From Eledone cirrhosa (Eukaryota): a stretch of DNA of 64,000 nt. Location of the stretch: the NCBI GenBank assembly GCA_964016885.1, contig OZ024756.1, positions 23,126,001 through 23,190,000 of the forward strand. Reading direction: 5' to 3'. Positions 54,642 to 64,000 of this stretch are shown piece by piece (position 1 is the stretch's first letter; each line of letters starts with the position of its first letter). The notes beneath the pieces are model-generated. The model did no database searches. It saw only the letters and a list, made by a program, of their open reading frames with translations, and had not been told where the DNA came from. The position numbers and the translations under genes were made by a program.

Positions 54642-54678
<37 letters not shown>

Positions 54679-55022
54679 ACTATGGACGAGGTGTCAAATT
54701 TCTATTAAATTTATTCAGGTGTGATGCGCGTTTCGTGATCCAGCAACTCAAGGTTCGATCTTAATATTTTTATATTCTTGAAGAAGGACTAAAGCTCAAC
54801 ACGTCGAACTTTCCCATTTTCCATATAAAACTTGAAACTAATAAGACTATTTGTAGCTCTGTTTTGTCGTATCCTTGAACTATATATATATATATATATA
54901 TATATTTAGTTATGTAATAAACAACATAAGATAATTATTTCATTTACCAGTGGTTTCTTGAAGGCAGATGTTATGTCTGAAGGCAGACATAAATTGCCGC
55001 TGTTATAATTTGTTAAATAAAA

Positions 55023-55206
55023 GGCGGTGGATTGGCAGTATCGGTAGAGGGTCGGACGCCATGCTTTCCAGCATAGTTACGTCCCTTTACGATCTGAGTT
55101 CAAATCCCGCGGAGGTTGACTTTGCCTTTCATCCTTACAGGGTCGATAAAATAAAGTACCAGTAATGCACTGGGTAATTGCTGGCCTTGTGCCTAAAGTA
55201 GAAACA
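55023..55206 (+). mobile_element. SINE A full copy with 21-bp TSD
   Basis: TSD gttataatttgttaaataaaa at 55002-55022 / 55207-55227. Confidence 0.92.
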
Positions 55207-55523
55207 GTTATAATTTGTTAAATAAAAAACGGCGGGAATTTATGTTACAACCTAATATATATATATATATATGTTACAACCTAATATATATATATATATA
55301 TATATATATACTTTTTATGTGTGTGTATATAAATATACACACACATTTTCTCATATTTATATTTTTTATGTTATATGATTCTAAATAGCAAACAGATTTA
55401 GACTGTTCACTTTAAACGATAATGGAAGAAATGATAAGTCTAGTTTATAATAACTTTTATGAGATGAATAATGTTAATGGGATAATGAAAGGAAAACATA
55501 GCTTTAATTCATAATGGATTATA

Positions 55524-55764
55524 ATTGTTTCTACTATTGGCACAAGGCCAGCAATTATCAGTACATTACTGGTACTTTATTTTATCCACCCCGTAAGGAT
55601 GAAAGGCAAAGTTAACCTTGGCGGTATTTGAACTCAAAATGGCAAGGGCCGTAACTCTATGCGTCAAAGCATGGCGTCCGATCCTCTACCGATACTGCCA
55701 ATCCATAATGGCTATACTATAGTTTATCTAATTTCGGCACAAGGCCAAATTATGCTTCACGGTA

Positions 55765-55810
<46 letters not shown>

Positions 55811-56925
55811 TCCCGAAGCATGGTGTCCGACGCTCTGCCCATACTGTTAACCCACTGCCTTCTCTCTCTTAATCAATAATTGTTTGTACTTTTGGCACAA
55901 GGCCAGCAATTACCCCAGTGCATTACTGGTGCTTTATTTTATCGACCCCGTAAGGATGAAAGGCAAAGCTAACCTCTGCGGGATTTGAAACTCAGAACGT
56001 AAAGGGCCTTATCTCTGTCGCAAAGCATGGTGTCTGACGCTTTTCAGATACTGTCAATCCACTGCCTTCTTTCTTTCAACCAATAATGATTTAGATAGAA
56101 GGCCTACAATTTTGGGCGGAACGTCGATCAAATCGACACCAGTACATTACTGGTACTTTATTTTATCGGCCCCGTAAGGATGAAAGGTAAAGCTATCCTC
56201 TGCAGGATTTGAACTCAGAACTTAAATGGCCACACCTCTATGCCACGAAGCATGTGGTCCGACGCTCTTCCGATTCTGCCATGGTTTCTGATTTCGGCAC
56301 AAGGCCAAATCATGCTACACGGTATATAGTTACCCCTAAGCATGGTGCCCGACGCTCTACCGATACTGCCAATTCACCACCTCTCTTAACAAATAATGTG
56401 TTCTGATTTAGGCACAAGGCCAACAAGTTTTTAAGGGCAGGAGGAGGGTCGTTTAAATTGCCCCCAGTATGTTTACTGGTACTATATATTATCGACCCCG
56501 TTCAGGATGAAAGGCAAAGCTGACCATGACGGGATTTGAAATCAGAACGTAAAGGGACATAGCTTTATACCGCGAAGAATGCTGCCTGACGTTCAGACGA
56601 TACTATCAATCCAATACCACCCTAGTCCTCTCTCTCTCTCTCAACTCCTAATGGAAGGCCAAATAGGTTTCATTTATAATGGATTATAATGGTAATATTA
56701 CAAAGTTTATATTTTATACTGCTTATCTTTTAACTAATAATGGAAAGAAGATTGGTTTCCTTAATGGATTATATAAAATGAGTGTTTATTAGAGAATATT
56801 TATTTATTATCTAGTACTGTGAACCGTTTCATAACACATTAAATAAAACTTTATGAATTTAAAGTATTAATAATAGTTTCTGATGTAGGCACAAGGCCAG
56901 CAATTTTGAAGGGGGGGAAAGTCGT
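55524..56925 (-). mobile_element. Dense cluster of about 7 SINE A copies or deletion derivatives
   Basis: Repeated cacaaggcc tails and ctctaccgatactgcc heads. Confidence 0.88.
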
Positions 56926-57074
56926 TTGAATCACGGAATACACAGAGCTGAAATACTTTTGTCCGACGCTCTAACGACCTTGCTAATTTACAGCTTATAT
57001 AACTATCTGAATGATAAGAGAACTTTCCTTTCTGTTTTTTTTTTTATATATATATATTTTTTTTCGAGATTAGA

Positions 57075-57665
57075 AATAGGTGTTATTGGACCTCCGTCGT
57101 TTTCGACGATGAGTGTTCCAGTTGAATCTATCAAGGGAACTGCTTGCTGGTGAAATTAACGCGTAAGTGGCTGAGCATTCTACAGTCACGTGCACATTTA
57201 TTATAAGTTCTTAGCGAGATTCAGCGTAACACAATATCTGACAAAACTGCTTGCTAGTTAAATTAACGCGTAAGTGGCTGAGCATTCTACAGTCACGTGC
57301 ACATTTATTATAAGTTCTTAGCGAGATTCAGCGTAACACAATATCTGACAAAACTGCTTGCTAGTTAAAGTAACGCGTAAGTGGCTGAGCATTCTACAGT
57401 CACGTGCACATTTATTATAAGTTCTTGGCGAGATTCAGCGTAAAACAATATCTGACAAAACTGCCGTCGCCTCCGCCCCTCCAGGGTCTACCCACCACCA
57501 CCACTTCCTTGAATTTCACGTACAATTCATTTTTGCCAGCTGGGTGTACACCGAAGCAAAATGAAATATACTGCCTTCCACAAGGACACAAATGCGGACT
57601 GGGAATCGAACTCTCCACCTTCTGATCGTGAGCGCCAGCATCCTAAACATTACACCACGCTTTCA
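57075..57665 (-). mobile_element. tRNA-headed SINE with an internal 107-bp triplication
   Basis: Head gcgtggtgtaatgtttagg..gagttcgattccc at 57595-57660; unit starts at 57138, 57245 and 57352. Confidence 0.8.
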
Positions 57666-57874
57666 CAGGCAAAAATTATGTCTTCATTAATATAATTATC
57701 AAACTTGTCAGTATTCATCTGTAATATATACATATACACACACATACACACACATACACACACATACGTATATATATATATATATACACACACACATACG
57801 TATATATATATATATCTATACATACGTATATACACACATACATATATCTACACACACACGCACATATACACACA

Positions 57875-57946
<72 letters not shown>

Positions 57947-58359
57947 GACATATGTACACACTCATATATACACACACACACATATGTACACACTCATATA
58001 TACACACACACACATATACATATATATATATATATAACATATATATTCTAAATGATGGGACAAAATATAATGTAGGTGGTATGTGTTTGTTTTTAATAAG
58101 TTGTATTGATTAAATTTTGCAATTAAATCCAATATAATTCTGAGAATAGTATTTGATAAATGATAATTAGATATTCTAGATTTTGTTCAATTAAATACGA
58201 TTTTACGTGACGCTTTATACGAGGAAATACGCATATCTACTGCGTGATTTTCCACCTATCCTAATAATTATTGCTTCAATTAGAGATACTATTAACAGAG
58301 TTTGATTCAGAATGAAGTTATAGATGAACCCATATAAAATATGTTTATCTATAATAATA

Positions 58360-58798
58360 ATTGTTTCTACTTTTAGCACAAGGCCAGCAATTATCCAGTG
58401 CATTACTAGTGCATTATTTTATTGACCCCGTAAGGATGAAAGGCAAAGTCAACCTCGGCGGGATTTGAACTCAGTCCGTAAAGGGACGTAACTCTGCTGA
58501 AAAGCATGGCGTCCGACCCTCTACCGATACTGCCAATCCACCGCCCTTTATAATTAGAATAATTGTTTCTACGTTAGGCACAAGGCCAGCAATTACCCAG
58601 TGCATTACAGGCACAAGGCCAGCAATTTGGGGAAGAGTAAAGTCGACTAAATCGACACCAGTACATTACTGGTACTTTTATTTTATCGAACCCGTAAGGG
58701 TGAAAGGCAAAGCTAACCTCGGCGGGATTTGAACTCAGACCGTAAAGGGGCGTAACTGCCACAAAGCATGTTATCCGACGCTCTACCGATACTGCCAA
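58360..58798 (-). mobile_element. Two tandem SINE A copies
   Basis: 58360-58546 is a full copy; 58561-58798 has a duplicated tail. Confidence 0.9.
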
Positions 58799-59310
58799 TT
58801 GATGATGATGGTGATGATGATGAACATACATATAACCTGGCATCATATATATGCATGCATGTTAATGTATACATAGAATCTCGCTGTGATTATATACATG
58901 TATACATGTAAATATATACAATGTTCTTAGACCAATACTGATTATGCTTGTTTTTTTTTAACTATTTGTCCTTCCGGTGTGTATATCCACGATGCACACA
59001 CGTCTCGGTGGTTGTAGAAAGCTTTTCTGAGATTTGGTGATATTGGAGGCTTCTGCTGTGTTGATTGAGCTTTGGTTTCCAGGTCGTACCCGTACACTCA
59101 CGCCCCGCTTCTATCACGGTGTGCGACGAGTAAATAGTACAGCAATACACACACAGGCTGCTTGACAGCGACTGACAGATGCGGCGAGAGCGTAAAAAAA
59201 AAAACCATGCATGGGTGTAAATGCTTGCAAGTCAACATTTTAAAATCTTAAAAGTCATTACTCCCCACAGAAAAATTAAAGCGGTTGTGTGTGTGTTTGC
59301 GTGATTCTTG

Positions 59311-59350
<40 letters not shown>

Positions 59351-59440
59351 GTGAGTGAGTGAGTGTGTGTGCATATATATATACAACGTAAATGTGTGAA
59401 ATACGTATTAAAAATGTGAAATGTCTGTAATAAATGTAAT

Positions 59441-59474
<34 letters not shown>

Positions 59475-59739
59475 CAATTCTATATAATAGGATTGTTTAT
59501 AAAACGTCCTATATAATACAAAATCTCTAATAAAAACAAAAACAGCCTTGCTTAACACGACGGCTTAAAACAAAATGAACCACATTGAAATTATGACAAC
59601 AAATATATGTGAGGTTATTATGAATGCTATCCCGTGGTAAACAAAGAAGATTCTGTGAAAGATTTTTAAGTACAATGACGACAAAAATAATAGTTAAATT
59701 AAGAACAGATGTTTAAAATATGAATCCACAATACTGAGG

Positions 59740-59905
59740 AAATCAGCGCCATTTTTAAGTGTGGAGGAATTTTTTTTTTTTTTTTTCAGCTTTTACCTTC
59801 CACCGCCATCTTGTATGATGTAGTTACTTGAGAATTCTAGAATAACGCGTAAACGAAAATAAGCGCGACAACCAATAAAAACGAACACGTCGCGGTGAAT
59901 GACGG
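59740..59905 (-). promoter_or_regulatory. Candidate promoter / 5' end of the minus-strand host gene
   Basis: YY1-type motifs AAGATGGCGG (59803-59812) and AAAATGGCGC (about 59746-59755) on minus, CCAAT at 59872-59876, and a local CpG cluster (acgcgt, gcgcga, gtcgcg) in otherwise CpG-poor DNA. Confidence 0.55.
59797..59809 (-). CDS. Candidate first coding exon (ATG GCG GTG GAA G|gtaaaa; MAVE)
   Basis: Good Kozak context caagATGG and an AAG|GTAAAA donor in phase 1, matching the phase-1 acceptor at 53146 and giving MAVEDYAHRMKMSS... Confidence 0.55.
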
Positions 59906-59974
59906 ATGAAGGGAATATTAATGGAATTGTTTTTAAGACAAAAGTGTGCAAACAAAATTTATAGTTAATTTGTT

Positions 59975-60570
59975 GGCGCAGGAATACCTGTGTGGTTATA
60001 TAGAGTTGTAGGCTTTGTAGTCACGTGGTTTCGAGTTCAGGCCAACCATCTACTATAGCCTCGAGATAAACAATACCTTGTAACTGAAAATTGGTAAAGG
60101 GAAACTGTGTGGAAGCCCGTCGTATATGTGAGTGAGAGAGTGAGTGAGTGATTGTGCGTGCGTGTGCGTGCGTGCGTGCGTGCGTCTGCATGAGAATGTG
60201 TGTAAGTGAGTGTGTATGTCAGTGTGTATGTCAGTGTGCATGCATGTGCGTGATGTGCGTATGCATGAGAGTGTGTGTGTGAGTGCATGAGTGAATGCGC
60301 GTGAGTGCGCATGTGAGAGTGCGCGTGTGTGAGTGCTCATGTGTGAGTGCGTGTGAGTGTGAGTGTGTGTGTGAGTGTGTGTGGGAGTGTGAGTGTGTGA
60401 GTGTGTGTGTGAGTGTGTGTGTGAGTGTGTTTGAGTGTATGGCAAAAATAAATACTAGACTATAAAAAATATATATGTACTGGGTCGATATAATCAATTA
60501 AATCTCTTCTTCAAAACGGCGCCCCAGCATGGCGGCAGTCTAATGACTGAAACAAGTAAAAGAATAAATG
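59975..60570 (+). mobile_element. Composite SINE with internal (GT/GAGT) microsatellite; same tail at 685-740
   Basis: Head ggcgcagga..tgtgtggtt, ctactatagcctcg..gaagcccgtcgtatat, microsatellite, tail gccccagcatggc..gactgaaacaagtaaaaga. Confidence 0.7.
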
Positions 60571-60574
60571 GCTA

Positions 60575-60850
60575 AATGAACAACCAACCTGATATTTGCT
60601 GTGTGTGAGGTGAAAAATCAAATAAAACCTTGCTGTATTGTAGATGTTTGCTGACTGACAACTCCAGAGCAATGTCATAAACATTAAACAAAAGAAATGA
60701 AAAGGAGCAAAGAAAACATGTATTGACTACTGAAGTAGATTTAACAAATACACAATACATACAATACACCTTCAGTTTTATACCTGTTACGATTGAAGCC
60801 ACAGGATATGTATCAGCCTGCATTTCTATGACTGGAAATTTGTTTAAAAG
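60575..60850 (+). mobile_element. Decayed REL-endonuclease fragment (R4/NeSL-like)
   Basis: Broken frames NNQPDI, IVDV and YTFSFIPVTIEATGYV resemble the PD..D..K and IP..IGA.G motifs. Confidence 0.4.
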
Positions 60851-63037
60851 AAAGAACACGGTGTCTGTATTATAAGTTATATCAATATCATTTTATAGTT
60901 TGCAAATGCGTAGTTACCAACACCAAAAACTTTCTTAACCTTTAACACTGCCTGAAAGTTTGCAAGTAGATGGATGTATATTAAAAATATGCACATGTAC
61001 ATTAATGCATCTAATTGATATACAGAAGAACATCTGACCTACATCAAACTATGATAACATCTGGGGGGGGGGGTATGTGTGTATGTATGTAAGGTCGCTC
61101 TTCGGTGCTACTGGTAACATGTAACCCAGTACAACCTATGCATGGTCAGGTCGTCGGCGACTAAACCGGCAACCGCACTAAGCTTGCGTGGTGAGGTGGG
61201 TGAATTTGGACACCCTGCGGGATAAAAAAACAAAACCCGTCTAAGGACGGAGGAACTCAGGAGAGTCAACGGCCATCCAATAATTTTTTTTTTTTTTTGT
61301 GGAGCGAGAGACACCTAGTCTTCATCAAGACATCTCTCTAGAAGGAGGTCACTCTGATATAAAACCTGCGATTTTGTTTGCATCCAATAATGTAGATCAG
61401 TTCTACTTTTTGGGTAAATGCATTCGACGTTCAGAGAGTAGGATGGCGCCGTGCACAGTCTTTACTCACTTAAAAAAGCTTCAACCACAGATATCGCTTC
61501 ATATGTGACATTCATATGTGGCATAGGTAAATCCCTAGCAGGATTAAAAGCCACGTCCGTAAGCAGAACCGAAGTCAATGTTTCATATAAACTTTATTGG
61601 CATATTACAATCGTTTCAATATCGATTAGCTAAGTCCCTCTCGGATAGATCTCGGATAGATCCCAGTCCCTCTCAGCATCATCTCATGTAGATCCGAGCT
61701 ATGGAAATGAAATTGTGTGGGTGGATGGATGGATGGATACTTAGTGGATGTGGAAGCCTATCGAATGAATTTGAATGCGTTTCAAATATGTAACTTTGTC
61801 ACATACTGTAAGACGCTAATTCTACCAAAGTATTACCTTAAATGTACCAAAACCTTTGGAATATTCAAGACAACAACTAATACTAACAGAAAGTTACCTT
61901 AAAAATACCAATATCTTTGGAATATTCAACACATTCACTAATTCTTCATAAAAGTTACCTTAAAGGTAATACGAAATATATTCAATAATTTTACCTAAGA
62001 ACTACGTTAAAAATAGCAACATCTTTGAAATACTCAAGACATTCGCTAATTCAGTAAGAGGGTAGAAATGCTTGTCGAACGAGTAGAATATCTATCGACA
62101 AACTGTAAAAATTTCTTTTGCTTTCTTTTTTATTGTGTGTAGACAGGCAAAGATTAACACACACACAATATATATATATATATATATATACACGTACGTA
62201 TCTATGTATGTGTATGCAGCTACATACATGAATCCACATTCTAATACAAACAGACACTCGCGCTTTATAGGTAAATATATACTTATTCACATATGCAAAT
62301 ATACGTACATAGTCAAACAAACACACACACACACACACACACAAATGTACCCTGTGTACACGTATATACATCTATCGTAACGCGCTGAATACACGCAAAT
62401 ACACACACATGTGCAGTGTCAACCAGGTAAGTCGGCGCAAACACGTGGGTCAAAGTCAACTGAAACACGCCCAAATTCCTGGTGGAATATTTCATAGAAG
62501 AGCAAAAGCGACGGTAATCGGGTTAGTCTGTACCGTAAATATGTTAAAAACTATTGAATACATCAAATTACGATGCTTTTGTTATCAGTATTTTGTAAAC
62601 AAAATACCTAACTATTTGTAGGAAATACTTTGTCGTTGTTAGAAAGCAATAATAAATAAAATCCATTGAAATCTCAAATTGAGTTATTGCTTAGGAAAAT
62701 ATCTGGCGAGTAAGCACGATACGTAACTCTGTTCGATATGAGATATTATAAACTGCTGAAGGCAGTAGAAGTATTTTAAAACCGAAACCAATTACATGTA
62801 AAACGAACTGCGATTGAAGTACGGGTTGTATACAATATTATTTGGAAACGAAGTTTGGTTTATATGAAGAAAGAACAACGTCGCACGAAATACAAAATGC
62901 AATACAAAAATTTAAAATATACAGGTTGTCTGAAATAGGAAAAGGACCAACCATATGATTCAGAAGAAATAGAAGAGAGTGTAATGGAACTTCGACAGCA
63001 GTTTCAGAACTATATGTGTGTATCTATATATATATAT

Positions 63038-63232
63038 ATAGGGAAATGTTTGACCCCGACGGCAGAGCTCAAGACGTTTCGACGGCTATTTCTAGTCCAA
63101 AAATAGCCGTCGAAACGGCTTGAACTCTGCCGTCGGGGTTAAACATTTTCCTATTACCCACTCTACTACCCTAAGTATTGAGTACTCTGGTGCGTTATGG
63201 TCCATCTGGTTCCTTACCACACCTCCTTCGTT
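63038..63232 (-). mobile_element. Fold-back element family F, copy 3 (longest)
   Basis: Hairpin 63038-63154 (about 54-bp arms) plus the unique arm in reverse orientation; flanked by (TA)n. Confidence 0.8.
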
Positions 63233-63309
63233 ATATATATATATATGAAGTATTGCCATAGCAAGGGTAAAGAAAAAGAGAGTGCTCTATGTATGCTACA
63301 ATATTAAAT

Positions 63310-63382
63310 TTTCATTCTGATGAGTGATACAAGACGTCTCTGTTGAGCTCGTCTGTCTTCGTGAAACCTTTGGTAAATGGAA
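63310..63382 (+). ncRNA. Type I hammerhead ribozyme motif
   Basis: Stem I tttcatt/aatggaa; CUGAUGA 63317-63323; interrupted stem II gtga/tcgt, agacg/cgtct, ctc-tgtt-gag; GAAA 63363-63366; stem III Acc-ttt-ggU; GUA triplet ending at 63375. Confidence 0.8.
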
Positions 63383-64000
63383 TAATTGTCTTATGTTGTT
63401 TAAGAGACACTTCCGCTTGCCTTAACTCTAAGACTGAGATCTTCAGATGCTGTCCTCATCTGAAATCGCATCTGATCTGTAACTGGATTGACACTCCTAC
63501 GATAAATCAACCGCCTTGAACTCCTTCTCTGCTCTTTACTTTTGCTACGGCTTTTATTTTGCTGCTTCTACCTTCTGTACTCTTGTATTTAAAAAATTTT
63601 TTTCTCCCTTACCTCCCCTTATATTTTTACCTCCTCTAGGCCCCCCACCCCATATATTCTTTTTGTTTTGCCCTTCACATACCTATGTGTATGTGTATGT
63701 ATTTTTGTGTGTATATATGTATACGTGTACGTATATGTTTGTGTATGTATATATATGTGTATGTATGTATGTGTATGTGTGTGTATATGTGTGTATGTAT
63801 ATATGTCTGTATATATATATATATATATATATGTACATATATATATATATGTATATATATATATATGTGTGTGTGCGTGTCTGTATGTGTGTATATATTT
63901 GTATATTTCATTCTGAAGATTGAAGGAAACTTTTTTTGCTTTTAAGAAACCTCTGGTGAATGGATTAATTGCCTTGTATGGCTTTATTACTTTACTACTA

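Larger units (their letters stand above)
53593..54642. mobile_element. Penelope-like pseudo-LTR insertion complex (direct repeat plus about 330-bp inverted repeat)
   Basis: Direct repeat 53593-53706 / 54188-54301 and near-identical inverted repeat 53762-54094 / 54316-54642, each arm carrying a hammerhead; (TA)n on both flanks. Confidence 0.7.

Noticed and set aside
54715-54755. GAAA plus near-palindrome half motifs (also about 4140-4160 and 62990-63006, minus strand)
   Set aside because: The CUGAnGA half is absent; possibly decayed ribozymes but not supportable.

Overview
AT-rich, repeat-dense eukaryotic DNA. The mix of long (TA)/(CA)/(TATACA) microsatellites, tRNA-derived SINEs and RTE LINEs suggests an octopus or other coleoid cephalopod; this is an inference, not a database match. 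Almost all ORFs in the supplied track are microsatellite artefacts. Real coding signal is limited to one intact RTE-type LINE (APE endonuclease + RT, minus strand, 15536-18846), a large minus-strand host exon (51886-53146) with a plausible promoter and phase-matched first exon at about 59797-59900, and decayed RTE, CRE-like, Tx1-like, REL and mariner remnants. The window also holds about 30 copies of one SINE family, hAT and Tigger MITEs, and an 8-kb RYA-triplet satellite with a 51-bp unit and an 867-bp higher-order repeat. The most interesting signal is six type-I hammerhead ribozyme motifs of the Penelope-like minimal kind, in small islands beside (TA)n tracts. Two of them form an inverted pair with the compensatory U3-A8 core (UUGAUAA) in the predicted first intron of the host gene. 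A three-copy fold-back element family with co-varying hairpin arms lies close to three of the hammerheads. All alignments and pairings were done by eye, so coordinates of degenerate repeats are approximate.
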